NCBI GenBank assembly: GCA_039586365.1
Contig: JBDHKN010000031.1
Span: forward strand, 1 to 45,682
Source of the DNA: Gemmatimonadota bacterium
GTDB lineage: Bacteria > Gemmatimonadota > Gemmatimonadetes > Gemmatimonadales > GWC2-71-9
DNA: 45,682 bases
Direction of reading: 5' to 3'
Shown here in pieces: positions 9,426 to 19,758 of this stretch. Every line of letters begins with the position of its first letter. Position 1 is the stretch's first letter. The translations under genes were made by a program, and so were the position numbers. The notes under the pieces are model-generated. The model had not been told where the DNA came from and searched no databases. It was given only the letters and a program-made list of their open reading frames with translations.

Positions 9426-10895
9426 GTGGCCCAATTGGACCGTATCATCGAGATCTTGCACCGACGGCGTGGCGAATCGCTGACACTCGTGGGCGGTAAA
9501 CCGATCGGTCTAGCCGTCGGCGGGAAGACTCACGCAGTGAACAGTGAGCCTCTGAACGACACACAGGTGCTCGGCTTGCTCAGGGAGATCGCACCAGCGG
9601 AACTCAGGGCCCGGGTGGCGCCCGGTGGAGAAGTCCGGTTCTCCTACACCGCGCCATCGGGCCACGTCGCTGTCGAGCTGCAGCCCATCAACGGCAACAT
9701 GGCAGCGGCAGTGCGACCGAGTGACGCAGCGAGCAGCGAGGGCACAGCCACACATCCAAGTGCGTCTCAACCCGAGCGCGTGACGCCGGCCAGCCAGGAC
9801 GTGACGGACGCGCACGCCGAGATGGACCGGTTGCTTGCCCTACTAGTCAAGACCGGCGGTTCCGACCTTCATCTCCGGGTCGGTGAGCCACCGGTCCTGC
9901 GGAACGACGGCCAGCTGGTGCGCCTGGACGAACCCAGCCTCGAGCGAGAGCGGCTGCAGACGATGCTCGAGAGCATCATGACGGATAGAGATCGGACCAA
10001 GTTCGCCGACACCGGTGATGCAGACTACGCCTATGAGCTGGAGAACGTCTCCCGATTCCGCTGCAATGCCGCCGTCGACCGTCGCGGCCCCATGGGAGTA
10101 TTCCGCGTCATCCCCAACCAGATCCCCACGTGCGAGGAATTGGACATCAGCAAGCCGGTACAGAATCTCTGTTATCTGACCAAGGGGTTGGTGTTGGTGA
10201 CCGGTCCCACGGGTTGCGGCAAATCCACGACCTTGGCGGCGCTGGTCGATCTCATGAACCGAGAGCGGAACGACCACATCCTCACGATCGAGGACCCGAT
10301 CGAATTCGTGCACCAGAGCAAGCAGTGCCTGGTCACGCACCGCCAGGTCGGTTTGCACACTCACTCGTTCAGGGTGGGACTGCGGGCGGCCCTGCGGGAA
10401 GACCCCGACATCGTCTTGGTTGGCGAGTTGCGTGACCTGGAGACCGTGGAGACGGCCATCGAAACCGCTGAGACCGGTCACCTCGTGTTTGGCACCCTGC
10501 ATACCACGACAGCCGCCTCCACAATCGACCGCATCATCGATCAGTTCCCCCCCGATCGACAGGCTCAGATCCGGGTCATGCTGTCCGAATCATTGCGGGG
10601 CGTGATTGCTCAGATCTTGTGTCGCAAGATCGACGGCGGCCGCGTGGCAGCGCGGGAGATCCTCCTCACGAGCCCGGCCGTGAGCAACCTCGTGCGAGAA
10701 GGCAAGACCTTCCAGATCCCGTCGATCATCCAAACCAACCGAAAGATCGGAATGACGACGCTCAATGACTCACTGGTCGATTTGGTGGACCGGAACGTGA
10801 TCGAGCCCAAGGAAGCCTACATGAAGTCGGTCGACAAAGGGGGAATCCAGTCAGCACTCACCGCAAAGGGACACAGCTTGTCGTTCCTCTCATAG
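9426..10895 (+). CDS. pilT: PilT/PilU family type IV pilus retraction ATPase with N-terminal extension
   Basis: GSDLHL, Walker A GPTGCGKST, TIEDPIE, LREDPDIVLVGELRD and GHLVFGTLH. GTG at 9426 preceded by GAGGA. Confidence 0.92.
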   Translation: MAQLDRIIEILHRRRGESLTLVGGKPIGLAVGGKTHAVNSEPLNDTQVLGLLREIAPAELRARVAPGGEVRFSYTAPSGHVAVELQPINGNMAAAVRPSDAASSEGTATHPSASQPERVTPASQDVTDAHAEMDRLLALLVKTGGSDLHLRVGEPPVLRNDGQLVRLDEPSLERERLQTMLESIMTDRDRTKFADTGDADYAYELENVSRFRCNAAVDRRGPMGVFRVIPNQIPTCEELDISKPVQNLCYLTKGLVLVTGPTGCGKSTTLAALVDLMNRERNDHILTIEDPIEFVHQSKQCLVTHRQVGLHTHSFRVGLRAALREDPDIVLVGELRDLETVETAIETAETGHLVFGTLHTTTAASTIDRIIDQFPPDRQAQIRVMLSESLRGVIAQILCRKIDGGRVAAREILLTSPAVSNLVREGKTFQIPSIIQTNRKIGMTTLNDSLVDLVDRNVIEPKEAYMKSVDKGGIQSALTAKGHSLSFLS

Positions 10896-11398
10896 CAGGA
10901 TTGGAACCCCCGGGCGCTCAGGGCTTCAGGCAGTCCTTGTCCTTCCAGTTGAACCACCTTTAGCTTTCGATAGGAGGCTTGATTCGGGTTCCCCGTGTCC
11001 GCCATGTCGAGTGGGTCTTCCCGAACATCGGCCTCCTGTTCCAGGCCCCGAGCGGTCAGAACCGCTTGCGACGATTCCGGTTGGTGCTTGGGGGCCCGAA
11101 TCGTTGTTGGCAGGATCCCGCTCGGGGCTCTTGCATTTTCGCTCAGCGTGCGCTTCGAGATCTTGACACACCCTGAATGGTCGCCACTGGTCTCAAACAA
11201 CAAACATCATTGCGGCGCTGCGTCACCGTGGGCGCGGATCTGGCGCTGCGGTCCCTTCTCTTCCTGCAACGCGTACCTGCCGTCAACTTTCATAAGGCAG
11301 AGAATGCCACCCGAGGTGCAGGCTGTACGAGGCGGATCTCGTGGCCCAAGTGCAGGAACGTCACTTAGCTGACCTAGACAGACAGGAACGGGTCCGAC

Positions 11399-11647
11399 AT
11401 GAACATCTACGTAGGCCATCTGTCACACGATGTCACTGAAGAAGACTTGCGAGAGGCTTTCGAGGCGTTCGGGCAAGTTTCATCAGTCGACGTGATAAAG
11501 CACAAGTTCAGCGGCGAATCGAGAGGATTCGGCTTCGTTGAGATGCCGACCGAAACCGAAGCGAACGCTGCAATCGTGGGTCTGAACGGTAAAGAGCTGA
11601 AAGGACAAGCGCTCACCGTCGATACGGCTCGTCCTCGCAGAACGTAG
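11399..11647 (+). CDS. Single-domain RRM RNA-binding protein
   Basis: RNP2 IYVGHL and RNP1 RGFGFVEM. Confidence 0.95.
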   Translation: MNIYVGHLSHDVTEEDLREAFEAFGQVSSVDVIKHKFSGESRGFGFVEMPTETEANAAIVGLNGKELKGQALTVDTARPRRT

Positions 11648-11698
11648 CAGTGAATGTGGCTGCTGGTGGGCTCACCCATATCCCATATGTGATCTCTG

Positions 11699-11956
11699 GT
11701 GAACCGTAAGTCCGTGTCTTGGCCGACCTGGTGGACGAGCTTTCGGCGGCTCGTTCGTTGGGGAAGCACGGCTCCTCCACTGCAGGAACGTCGACACAAA
11801 GAGCGCCGGGCCGACCGCGATCGGCGATGGGTGGGCGAGCTCATAGGCGACCGTCGTCGAGTACGCTTTCCGAATGACGTGGAGCATCGAAATGGCGCAG
11901 AGCGCCGGTCCGAGGAACGTCGGTCGATCCATGACCGGCGACTAGCGCGACGGTGA
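11699..11956 (+). CDS. Small basic protein with repeated (E/D)RR motifs
   Basis: ERRHKERRADRDRR...GDRR...AERRSEERRSIHDRR. The start codon and coding status are uncertain. Confidence 0.5.
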   Translation: MNRKSVSWPTWWTSFRRLVRWGSTAPPLQERRHKERRADRDRRWVGELIGDRRRVRFPNDVEHRNGAERRSEERRSIHDRRLARR

Positions 11957-12097
11957 TACCTTCCCAACCCTCCTTGACGAGCCCGGTCGCCTGGGGCAAC
12001 GTCATTGCGTTCTGAAACGCACTCGTTTCGTCCTCATCTCTGCCGACTTGTTGAGACCGACAAGCGGGCCTAAACGCCCGTACGATAGGGGAACAAC

Positions 12098-13837
12098 ATG
12101 ACCACACGACATCGACTCACAGCTGTGCTGCTTGCCGTTCCGCTTCTTGCGTTCGTCTCCGCGCCACTTATGGCACAGGCACCGGAACTCGAGTTCGACC
12201 ACAATCACACCTATGCTGAGGTTGTCAACTACCTGGAGCAGGTGGTCAGGGCATACCCGAACATCACGAAACTGCACACCATCGGAAACAGCTACGAGGG
12301 CCGAGACCTGCTGGTACTCGAGGTCACCAATCAGAATACGGGAGATGGCCTGGCCAAACCCGGCTTCTGGATGGACGGCAATCTCCACGCGGGTGAAGTA
12401 ATGGGTACGGAAGTCTGCTTGAGGAGTATCGACCGGTTGATTGGGCAATACGGCAGCGATCCATTCGTCACCAACCTCGTGGACACCAGAACCATCTACA
12501 TAATGCCCAAGCTGAACCCGGATGGCTCCGACTACTACCTCGCCAACCCAGATGGATTGCGCAGCAGCGTGCGGCCCCACGATTCTGACCGCGACGGTGC
12601 TGTTGACGAAGACCCCCCTGAAGACCTCGATGGTGATGGGAACATCCTGCAGATGCGCGTGCGAGATGAAACGGGGCCGATGAAGGCTTCCCCCGATGAT
12701 CCCCGCCTGATGGTTCGCGCCGAGGCAGGTGAGCCGGGCGAATGGAGGATCTATTCAGAGGGAATCGACAACGACGACGACGGTGATTTCAACGAGGATG
12801 GAGTAGGGGGACTCGACATCAACCGCAACTGGCCTGCCCAGTGGCAACAGGAGCATATCCAGGGAGGAGCCGGGCCCTACCCTCTGTCTGAGCCGGAGAC
12901 CCGTGCAGTAGCCGAGTTTCTCCTGTCACACCGGAACGTCACTGGGCTCATCAACCACCACATGGCGGGCAACTTCGTGTACCGCCCCCCCACTGCGCTT
13001 CATTTCAACCCAGTAACAGGTGAAGAGGAGCCGCTGGCACCCGCGGACGAGTCGGTCTTCGAGTTCTTCGGCGACAAGTACTCCGAATTAATCAACGACC
13101 AGGACGCGGTGCCTGTCTACGGCAGGAGCGGTCCCCCGAGGTACGGGGCCATATGGGGAGTGATGATCGGCTGGGCCTACGATCACTACGGTGTTTTCAG
13201 CTGGGTACCGGAGATGGGGTCCTACGCCCCGTTCGCCGACTACGACGAGGACGGAGAGGCGTCCGAGATCGAGCGGCTGCAATGGAATGACACAGAGATG
13301 GACGGCAAGATCTTCGTCGACTGGACCCCATTCGACCATCCGCAGCTCGGCGAAGTGGAGATCGGGGGCTTCCTGCGCAAAATGTACGATCCGGAATTTG
13401 GATATTACACCAACCTGATGTGCACTCCTGGTCCAATTTTCGAGGAGTTTCTGGAGGAACACACAGAATGGAATCTGTGGCTGGCATCGATGTCGCCACA
13501 CGTCCAGGTCACGGAAGTAACCGCGACTCCCGAGGAGTCTGGCTATTCGCGGATTACTGCGAAGGTCCAGAACCAGGGCTACCTGCCCACGAACGTGACC
13601 GAGCAGGCAATACGCAACGAGACTGCCAAGACCGTGCAGGTGTCCATATCGCTCGATGGAGCGGAGTTGGTGTTCGGTGATGAGACCGTGGACGTTGGGC
13701 ACCTAGCCGGCAACCGGGCACCGCCCGTGACCGTAGAATGGATGATCAGAACCACCGGTAGAGGGCAGCCGGGCGTCGTGGTCACGGCTGCCTCCGAGAA
13801 GGGTGGCACAGACTCCAGAAGTCTGGCCCGGAGATAG
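12098..13837 (+). CDS. Secreted M14 zinc carboxypeptidase family protein
   Basis: Signal peptide; GNLHAGE, LNPDG, DINRNWP and SEPETRAV; acidic DxDxDG loops. Confidence 0.92.
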   Translation: MTTRHRLTAVLLAVPLLAFVSAPLMAQAPELEFDHNHTYAEVVNYLEQVVRAYPNITKLHTIGNSYEGRDLLVLEVTNQNTGDGLAKPGFWMDGNLHAGEVMGTEVCLRSIDRLIGQYGSDPFVTNLVDTRTIYIMPKLNPDGSDYYLANPDGLRSSVRPHDSDRDGAVDEDPPEDLDGDGNILQMRVRDETGPMKASPDDPRLMVRAEAGEPGEWRIYSEGIDNDDDGDFNEDGVGGLDINRNWPAQWQQEHIQGGAGPYPLSEPETRAVAEFLLSHRNVTGLINHHMAGNFVYRPPTALHFNPVTGEEEPLAPADESVFEFFGDKYSELINDQDAVPVYGRSGPPRYGAIWGVMIGWAYDHYGVFSWVPEMGSYAPFADYDEDGEASEIERLQWNDTEMDGKIFVDWTPFDHPQLGEVEIGGFLRKMYDPEFGYYTNLMCTPGPIFEEFLEEHTEWNLWLASMSPHVQVTEVTATPEESGYSRITAKVQNQGYLPTNVTEQAIRNETAKTVQVSISLDGAELVFGDETVDVGHLAGNRAPPVTVEWMIRTTGRGQPGVVVTAASEKGGTDSRSLARR

Positions 13838-13920
13838 CGCGTTCAGAGCGGCCGCAAGGGAGCGGCGGCGTCTCGATCTCTCGTGACTTGGGCAAAGCAG
13901 CCTATGAGGAGGTAGGACTC

Positions 13921-15246
13921 ATGCGACACAACCATCGTTCTGCAGCTCTCTGCGCGCTGGCCGTCGTCTTGTGGTCCGTGCCTCTTTCCCAAGCCAATGC
14001 CCAGGAAGCCCGGCGGCGCTGGGAGAGAATGTGTCAGATTCGCAAGGACAAGTTCGACTTGATTCTCCCCGAGGTCATGCGGGAGAACGGAATCAGCATG
14101 TGGATCACTACCGTACGAGAAGGAGATTACGGACCGCTCTATGAAGATCTGGGCCGCGGCTACCCAAGTAGTCTTGGCTTCTACGTCTTCACCGACCATG
14201 GCGGGGACCGCATCGAGAGAGCTGTTCTCGGTGTGGGCGGTTACCTGCTCGAAGAATGCGGCGCTTACGATGTCATCCAGGGTTCAGTCGATTTGGCCGC
14301 TTTTGTCGCAGAACGAGATCCCGCCAGAATCGGCGTGAACATGTCGCGCAGTATCGGCGCAGCGGATGGCCTGTCTCATACCAGCTATCAGCATCTCGTT
14401 GAGCAGCTAGGTGAGCCCTACGCCTCACGACTCGTCTCCGCTGAAAAGCTGGTTTCCGATTTTCGTTCCCGACGGGTCATGACGGAGGTCGCAGCGTTCG
14501 CCGAAGCGGGCGAGATATCCCGTGAGATCGCCGAGCGTGCATTCTCCAACGAAGTCATCACTCCCGGCGTGACGGCGCTCGAGGACGTAGCCTGGTGGAT
14601 CATGGATCAACTACTGGCCCGTGGTCTCGACACCTCGTTCGATATGCCGTCGATCTACATAACCGGTCCCACAGGGATCGAGGCAGTCTCGAACGACCGC
14701 ATCATACAGCGTGGGGACCTGCTGATGATCGATTGGGGTGTGGGATTCCTGAATCTGTATACCGACATGAAGCGGATTGCCTACGTCCTCAAACCCGGTG
14801 AGACGGAGGTGCCACCTGGCATCCAGCACGCTTTCGACCAAGGCCGACGAGTTCGGGAGATCATTCGTCAGAGCATCAGGCCCGGCCTGACGGCTGCCGA
14901 GACGCTCGATACTCTGAATCGGAGGATTGCACAGGCAGGATTCCACATCATGGAGGAATTCAACGTAACCTCGGAGACGGACAAGACTGAGGTCATGATT
15001 GGATGCCACTCAGTCGGGAACACCGGCCATGGCATCGGCCCCTCCATCGCTTGGTTCAACCCGTTGCGGCTCACGTTCGAGATCAAACCGACGAACATGT
15101 TCGTCATCGAGTTGTTCGCATACACCGCCGCCCCGGAGTTCGGTGGAGCCAAAGTGCGTATCCCGCTGGAGGACGACGCAATCGTCACGGACAGAGGAGT
15201 GGAGTGGCTGTATCCGATCAATCAGAGGATCCTGCTGATAAGATGA
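13921..15246 (+). CDS. Secreted M24 (Xaa-Pro peptidase-like) metallopeptidase
   Basis: AGGAGG RBS before ATG 13921; IQRGDLLMIDWG..YTDMKR, GHGIGP and LEDD motifs. Confidence 0.88.
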   Translation: MRHNHRSAALCALAVVLWSVPLSQANAQEARRRWERMCQIRKDKFDLILPEVMRENGISMWITTVREGDYGPLYEDLGRGYPSSLGFYVFTDHGGDRIERAVLGVGGYLLEECGAYDVIQGSVDLAAFVAERDPARIGVNMSRSIGAADGLSHTSYQHLVEQLGEPYASRLVSAEKLVSDFRSRRVMTEVAAFAEAGEISREIAERAFSNEVITPGVTALEDVAWWIMDQLLARGLDTSFDMPSIYITGPTGIEAVSNDRIIQRGDLLMIDWGVGFLNLYTDMKRIAYVLKPGETEVPPGIQHAFDQGRRVREIIRQSIRPGLTAAETLDTLNRRIAQAGFHIMEEFNVTSETDKTEVMIGCHSVGNTGHGIGPSIAWFNPLRLTFEIKPTNMFVIELFAYTAAPEFGGAKVRIPLEDDAIVTDRGVEWLYPINQRILLIR

Positions 15247-15325
15247 GTCGTTGGGGTATTGTCAAGCCAGACCATGAGCTGACAGACTCCGGTTAGTTGC
15301 CGAACGTCCCATCCAGGAGGTCCTG

Positions 15326-16444
15326 TTGCGTGCCTGCACCGTCGTCTTGGCCGCGTCTCTGCTGACTCCTGCCCTGGCTCTCGCAGCCCAGCGGTCGCAG
15401 GACTCGACCAGCGGTATCGTGGAGCAGAGTGCCATGGACGCCGGCCCGTACTTCTATCGGGGACTGCCGTACGGGACCGACGCGCACATGGGTCCCTTGG
15501 ACCTGATCATGAACAAGGGGTATGCCGTATCGGCCGCCGACGGTCCGGATCTGCGTAAGCTGTTCGAGCGCCCGTACGGTTTCGCCGGCGTGAACGATGC
15601 CCTCGCACACCCACTGGCTGCCATTGAACGCAGTGGAGGATGGTCGGAGTTCCTGCGAACGGAAGTGTTCCCCCTGAACTTCAACGGATACGACGCCAAG
15701 TGGTACGTGAACTATACCGGCCACCTGATCGAGGGAGGAATCCACTGGCGGCGCCTCAAGGAGTGGTACGAGGCCCGCGGAGTTCCCCTTGCCGGGTGGC
15801 TGTCAGGCGCGACCACCATGGCGGCATCCTATCTGAATGAAGCGTACGAGAGTGGCAGCGCAGAGCGGGGAAACGCCGCAACAGTAGCCGACCTCTACCT
15901 GTTTGACCTCGCCGGTTGCTTGCTATTCTCCTCGGATAGAATCGCCCGGTTCTTTGCTCGCACAATTCATGCAAATGTGTGGACGGGACAGGCGGCAATT
16001 ACCATTCCGGCGATCGAAATCGAGAACGTAGCCAACTACCTGCACTTCAAGATTCCGTGGGTCGTAGATGGATCATCCGTCTTCTTCTGGACTGGGCTTG
16101 GCGGCGGGTTGGGGCTCACATTCCATCGCCCGCGCGCCTTGGACCTCAGCTTCGCGCTAGGAGTCGATACCAGGCACATGCATCGTGACGCCATCACGGG
16201 TGAAGAAACAGTTGATCTCACTCTCTCGGCGGTAGCATTTCTGGATCGAAACGGTTCGCTCCTCGCGAGTGTACACGCGAGCGAAGTCCGGCATCGCCTG
16301 CTGAAAGTGAACGTGTACCCGGGCGTTCTCACCATGTTCGGCGGTGATTTCGGAGCGTTTCTCGTCGTAAGCCGTGATCTCGAACTCCGAGTTGGTATCT
16401 CGAACCGACACTGGCTCGGTGGTGGTGTGGGTCTGGGTTGGTAA
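15326..16444 (+). CDS. Secreted/outer-membrane hypothetical protein
   Basis: AGGAGG before the TTG start; signal peptide; beta-strand-rich C-terminal half ending in an aromatic residue (W). Confidence 0.7.
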   Translation: MRACTVVLAASLLTPALALAAQRSQDSTSGIVEQSAMDAGPYFYRGLPYGTDAHMGPLDLIMNKGYAVSAADGPDLRKLFERPYGFAGVNDALAHPLAAIERSGGWSEFLRTEVFPLNFNGYDAKWYVNYTGHLIEGGIHWRRLKEWYEARGVPLAGWLSGATTMAASYLNEAYESGSAERGNAATVADLYLFDLAGCLLFSSDRIARFFARTIHANVWTGQAAITIPAIEIENVANYLHFKIPWVVDGSSVFFWTGLGGGLGLTFHRPRALDLSFALGVDTRHMHRDAITGEETVDLTLSAVAFLDRNGSLLASVHASEVRHRLLKVNVYPGVLTMFGGDFGAFLVVSRDLELRVGISNRHWLGGGVGLGW

Positions 16445-16621
16445 GTATCACAGACTCGGTGCCTCTTCGCAGTATCCCGGAACGCAGCAGTTTCATTCAG
16501 GCACACACCCACCTCTATCAGCAGCCCACGCGCTGCATCTCATTCCGGCAGGACCACACCTCTATTGGCGGTCCACCTATTCGCGACATGCCTCGGCGCT
16601 TTCGTGGTGTGCACGGCACAA

Positions 16622-16642
16622 CGCCCGGTGCGGGACCGGGCG
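16622..16642 (-). terminator. Putative intrinsic terminator hairpin downstream of the DUF4440 gene
   Basis: Perfect 8-bp stem CGCCCGGT-N5-ACCGGGCG, 30 bp after the stop at 16672; U-tract weak. Confidence 0.45.
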
Positions 16643-16671
16643 GTGTGGTTCCGCAGGGAGTCGGCGAGTCG

Positions 16672-17151
16672 TCACATAGCCTCTGTGGCTGGCGGTGGTA
16701 CCGCACTCCACATGTCGCGCCACAGCTTCCATGAACCATCCGGCTGCTTTCGCAGCAGAACGAGCCACGTGCCTTCCTGCTCGCCTGCTTCTCCCTCTCC
16801 CCTCGGCGTCCAGCTTTCGCTGTAGGAGAGTCGCAGGACCCCAAGATCTCCGGCCACAACGATCTCATCGGCTTGCAGCGTGACTTGGACGTCGTTCTCG
16901 CCGAAGAATGTCTCAAGCATTGCGCGAGTATCCTGTCTGTTCATGACTGCGTCGGAGGGTGGCATGGAGAGGGGATCATCGGCATACAGGGCCAGAGCAG
17001 CTTCGATGTCCCCTGTGTTGTACGCAGCTGCACACTGCTCAACCCAGGTCCTGATTGCCTCGACATCGGGTCCAGTCGTGGTGGCCGTTTCGCCTGGCTG
17101 AGTACAGGCGACCGCTATTAGCAGCACTGGCGGGATAAGCATGCAGCGCAT
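16672..17151 (-). CDS. NTF2-like (DUF4440/SnoaL) lipoprotein
   Basis: Lipobox-like AVAC; AAAYNTGDIEAALALYADD; C-terminal RKQPDGSWKLWRDMWS. Confidence 0.88.
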   Translation of the reverse strand: MRCMLIPPVLLIAVACTQPGETATTTGPDVEAIRTWVEQCAAAYNTGDIEAALALYADDPLSMPPSDAVMNRQDTRAMLETFFGENDVQVTLQADEIVVAGDLGVLRLSYSESWTPRGEGEAGEQEGTWLVLLRKQPDGSWKLWRDMWSAVPPPATEAM

Positions 17152-17230
17152 GTTACCTCCTGGAGTAGGTGACGACGTTGTCGGAGATAGGATGAAGCTA
17201 CGGTCAGGGTCAGGGCATAGTAAGACGGAG

Positions 17231-17392
17231 GCCGAGCCAAGCGGCCCCTTTCACCTAGCCAACCCTAGTACCGAGTTTCATACTAGTACTTGCCCTCACG
17301 GCAACCGTGCTGTGGGGACAGAATGCCGGTGGCCTGTTGTGCCCCGGCGCCTGAGTAGACGCCGTAGCAGGACGCCCGCCCGACGACGAGAC
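17231..17392 (+). repeat. Intergenic repeat family A, full copy
   Basis: Aligns by eye end to end with 43844..44030 (GCCGAGC.AAGCGGCCC...CACCTAGCC...GTACC...TGCCCTCA.GGC.ACCG...GTGGCCT...CGCCTGAGTAGACG.CGTAGC.GGACGCC...CGACGACGAGAC). Confidence 0.85.
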
Positions 17393-17443
17393 GCAAGACC
17401 ACCGAGAGGAACGGCTAGTTGTAGCGTCTGGAGCGATTGCCGC

Positions 17444-18679
17444 ATGGAACTTCATAGGGGTGCTATCGCTGTGCTTCTGGGCACGGCTGCTATTGCTTGC
17501 AGTGACGGGCAGCCTCGCTGGACTGGGACCATGTCTGACAGCGCAGGTGTCACGATCGTGTCAAACACGAACGTCGGTATCTGGGCTCCAGGCGAAGAGT
17601 GGACTTTTGAGGAAGAGGTCCGCATTGGTGTTCAAGAGGGTCAGCCCGAATATCAGTTCGGAAGTGTCCATCGGATCGCAGTCGATTCGAGGCATCGGAT
17701 ATTCGTGTTGGACGATATGGAACAGCATATCCAGGTTTACTCGCCCGAAGGCGTCTACGAACAGACCGTCGGTGGTCGCGGACAAGGTCCCGGAGAGCTT
17801 CAAGCGGCGATGTTCCTGCTAATGGGACCTGGCGATACTGTTCTGGTCCCCGACGGACGGAACCTGCGGTTCAATCGCTACGCCCCGGACGGTTCCGCCA
17901 TCGGCAGTTTCAGGATGCGGCTGGAAGCGGGGCGTCCGATAACGTTCAAGGCGACGGCCTCGGGCGTGATTGCCGGACAGATCCGACTCCCGGCGCTGAC
18001 CGGCGAACGGGCGTCAGAGAACCCAACGGATGTGATCGCGCTCCTGGCGACCGACGGTACGGTCACCGACACCTTGATGACGTTCCCGTCGGGTGAGATG
18101 ATTGGCCCCAGCGGCGTCCGCGTTTTCGCACCTGAGCCGGCCTGGGACCTCACGGATGACTTGCAGCTAGCCTTCGGTGTCACTAGCGACTACCGCATCG
18201 GGCTGTACGCTGGTGGCCATCTAGAACGCGTCATCAGCAAGCTGTTCGAGCGCCATCCCGTCGGTGACCAGGATCAAGAGGCCATCATGGAAGAGATGGA
18301 GCGGCGCTGGGCTTCTGAGGCGTCCGTCTCAGAAGAGATGAAGGCCCGGCTGCGGAGTAGGTGGAGCTTCGCCGACTTCTACCCCGCGTATCAGCGTCTG
18401 GCATTCGGCCCAGTGGGCACGATCTGGGTTCAGCGAGTGCAGCCGGTCACCGAGCTCACCGAGGAGGAGCTCAAGAATTGGCAGAATGCCAGGGCACCGG
18501 AGTGGGACGTGTTCGACTCCGAGGGACGCTTCCTGGGTGCGGTCATAATGCCCCGGCGGTTCACACCCATGGAATTCCGTGGCGACAAGATCTATGGGGT
18601 GTGGCGCCACGAATCTGGGGTGGAGTACGTGGTCCGACTCCGCGTTGTCGGCGATCTTGGGGAACTAATGGCGCATTAG
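17444..18679 (+). CDS. 6-bladed beta-propeller (NHL-like) lipoprotein
   Basis: ATG 17444 after GGAG; lipobox-like AIAC; DSAGVTIVSN, GGRGQGPGEL and WDVFDSEGRFLG. Confidence 0.85.
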   Translation: MELHRGAIAVLLGTAAIACSDGQPRWTGTMSDSAGVTIVSNTNVGIWAPGEEWTFEEEVRIGVQEGQPEYQFGSVHRIAVDSRHRIFVLDDMEQHIQVYSPEGVYEQTVGGRGQGPGELQAAMFLLMGPGDTVLVPDGRNLRFNRYAPDGSAIGSFRMRLEAGRPITFKATASGVIAGQIRLPALTGERASENPTDVIALLATDGTVTDTLMTFPSGEMIGPSGVRVFAPEPAWDLTDDLQLAFGVTSDYRIGLYAGGHLERVISKLFERHPVGDQDQEAIMEEMERRWASEASVSEEMKARLRSRWSFADFYPAYQRLAFGPVGTIWVQRVQPVTELTEEELKNWQNARAPEWDVFDSEGRFLGAVIMPRRFTPMEFRGDKIYGVWRHESGVEYVVRLRVVGDLGELMAH

Positions 18680-18722
18680 CTCGTATACCGGGTATCTCGC
18701 GGCGCTCGGGGCTTTCTGCTCG

Positions 18723-18777
18723 ACCCAGCTACCCTTGTACTGCACCTCTTACTGGACGCTGCCCTCACGGCCACCGT
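18723..18777 (+). repeat. Intergenic repeat family A, left part only
   Basis: ACCCAGCTACCCTTGTAC...TGCCCTCACGGCCACCGT matches the left half of the 17231 and 43844 copies and ends at the stop of the convergent gene. Confidence 0.7.
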
Positions 18778-18778
18778 A

Positions 18779-19585
18779 CTATAGATGACAGCACCCGGGG
18801 GATTCGCGCGGTGGGGCAAACAGCGAAAGATCGGGGCGCTCGCTGCTTCCGGTGAGTGATACCATTTGATAACGGACTCGGCCGCCCCCCGTCACCGCCC
18901 ACTTCGGGACACGGAGATTCCCGAACCGCTGTAGCGGGCCAAAGCTATAGCTGTACTGAGTCGTCGCCCAGACTACCGGCTCCTTTCTGGTGTTGAGCAG
19001 GATCCAGCCGTGGATCTCCTCGTCTGGACCCCTGAACTCGAGGGCGGTGGTGCCCGGCATGTCCCTCATTGGACCGAACTGGACATGATAGAAGCCATCG
19101 CCTCGGGCAACAGCTCTGGCTAGGCGGTAGATGCTATACGGAGCGCGCTCCATGGCGTTCTCATATGCCTGATCGCTGGCATACGAAAACTCCCCGTCGA
19201 CTATGTTCCAGTAGCGATACTCCGGGCTATACGCTCGGACTCTGCTATATATCTCGCTCTCCATCGTCACGTATGAGCGTGGCCCGGTGAGATCCAGAAT
19301 CTCATTTTCCAGGTAGATGTCAGGACGGTCGAAGATGTCCCACTCATGAACGAAGTGAACACTCTCAAGCTCACGCCAGATGGTCAGACCACCCATCGCT
19401 TCCACCATCTCCTCAGCGTCCGCGATGGCGGCAGGATCTCCACGGAGACCAATCAAATCCTGCGCTTCTAGATATGCCGCGGAAGACAAGGGGGCAAACA
19501 GCAGCACGCCCGAAAGGCCGACACAACACCTCACTCCCCGATCCTCCACGAGATTGGCAAACACGGCACCACTCCGCTCATGCAT
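18779..19585 (-). CDS. Hypothetical, probably secreted protein
   Basis: GGAGGAG RBS before ATG; 268-aa ORF with a hydrophobic N-terminal segment; no family recognised. Confidence 0.7.
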   Translation of the reverse strand: MHERSGAVFANLVEDRGVRCCVGLSGVLLFAPLSSAAYLEAQDLIGLRGDPAAIADAEEMVEAMGGLTIWRELESVHFVHEWDIFDRPDIYLENEILDLTGPRSYVTMESEIYSRVRAYSPEYRYWNIVDGEFSYASDQAYENAMERAPYSIYRLARAVARGDGFYHVQFGPMRDMPGTTALEFRGPDEEIHGWILLNTRKEPVVWATTQYSYSFGPLQRFGNLRVPKWAVTGGGRVRYQMVSLTGSSERPDLSLFAPPRESPGCCHL

Positions 19586-19758
19586 GACTCCTCCGGCACG
19601 TCGCGCACTGCGATCGATACGTCACACGCGCCATTCACCTGCGATCACCGGTAGGCGATGGAAGATATTCGGAATCGGGCGCGCGGCCAGCTCAGCACAC
19701 TTGATCCTCGACCTGCTCACATTCGTTAGGGCAATTCGTAGACTACCCGCCTTCCTGG

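Noticed and set aside
17141..17443. 101-aa N-terminal extension of the beta-propeller ORF
   Set aside because: Runs through repeat A and precedes a good lipoprotein start at 17444. The same reasoning applies to the long ORF starts at 6568, 25487, 29049 and 34472.
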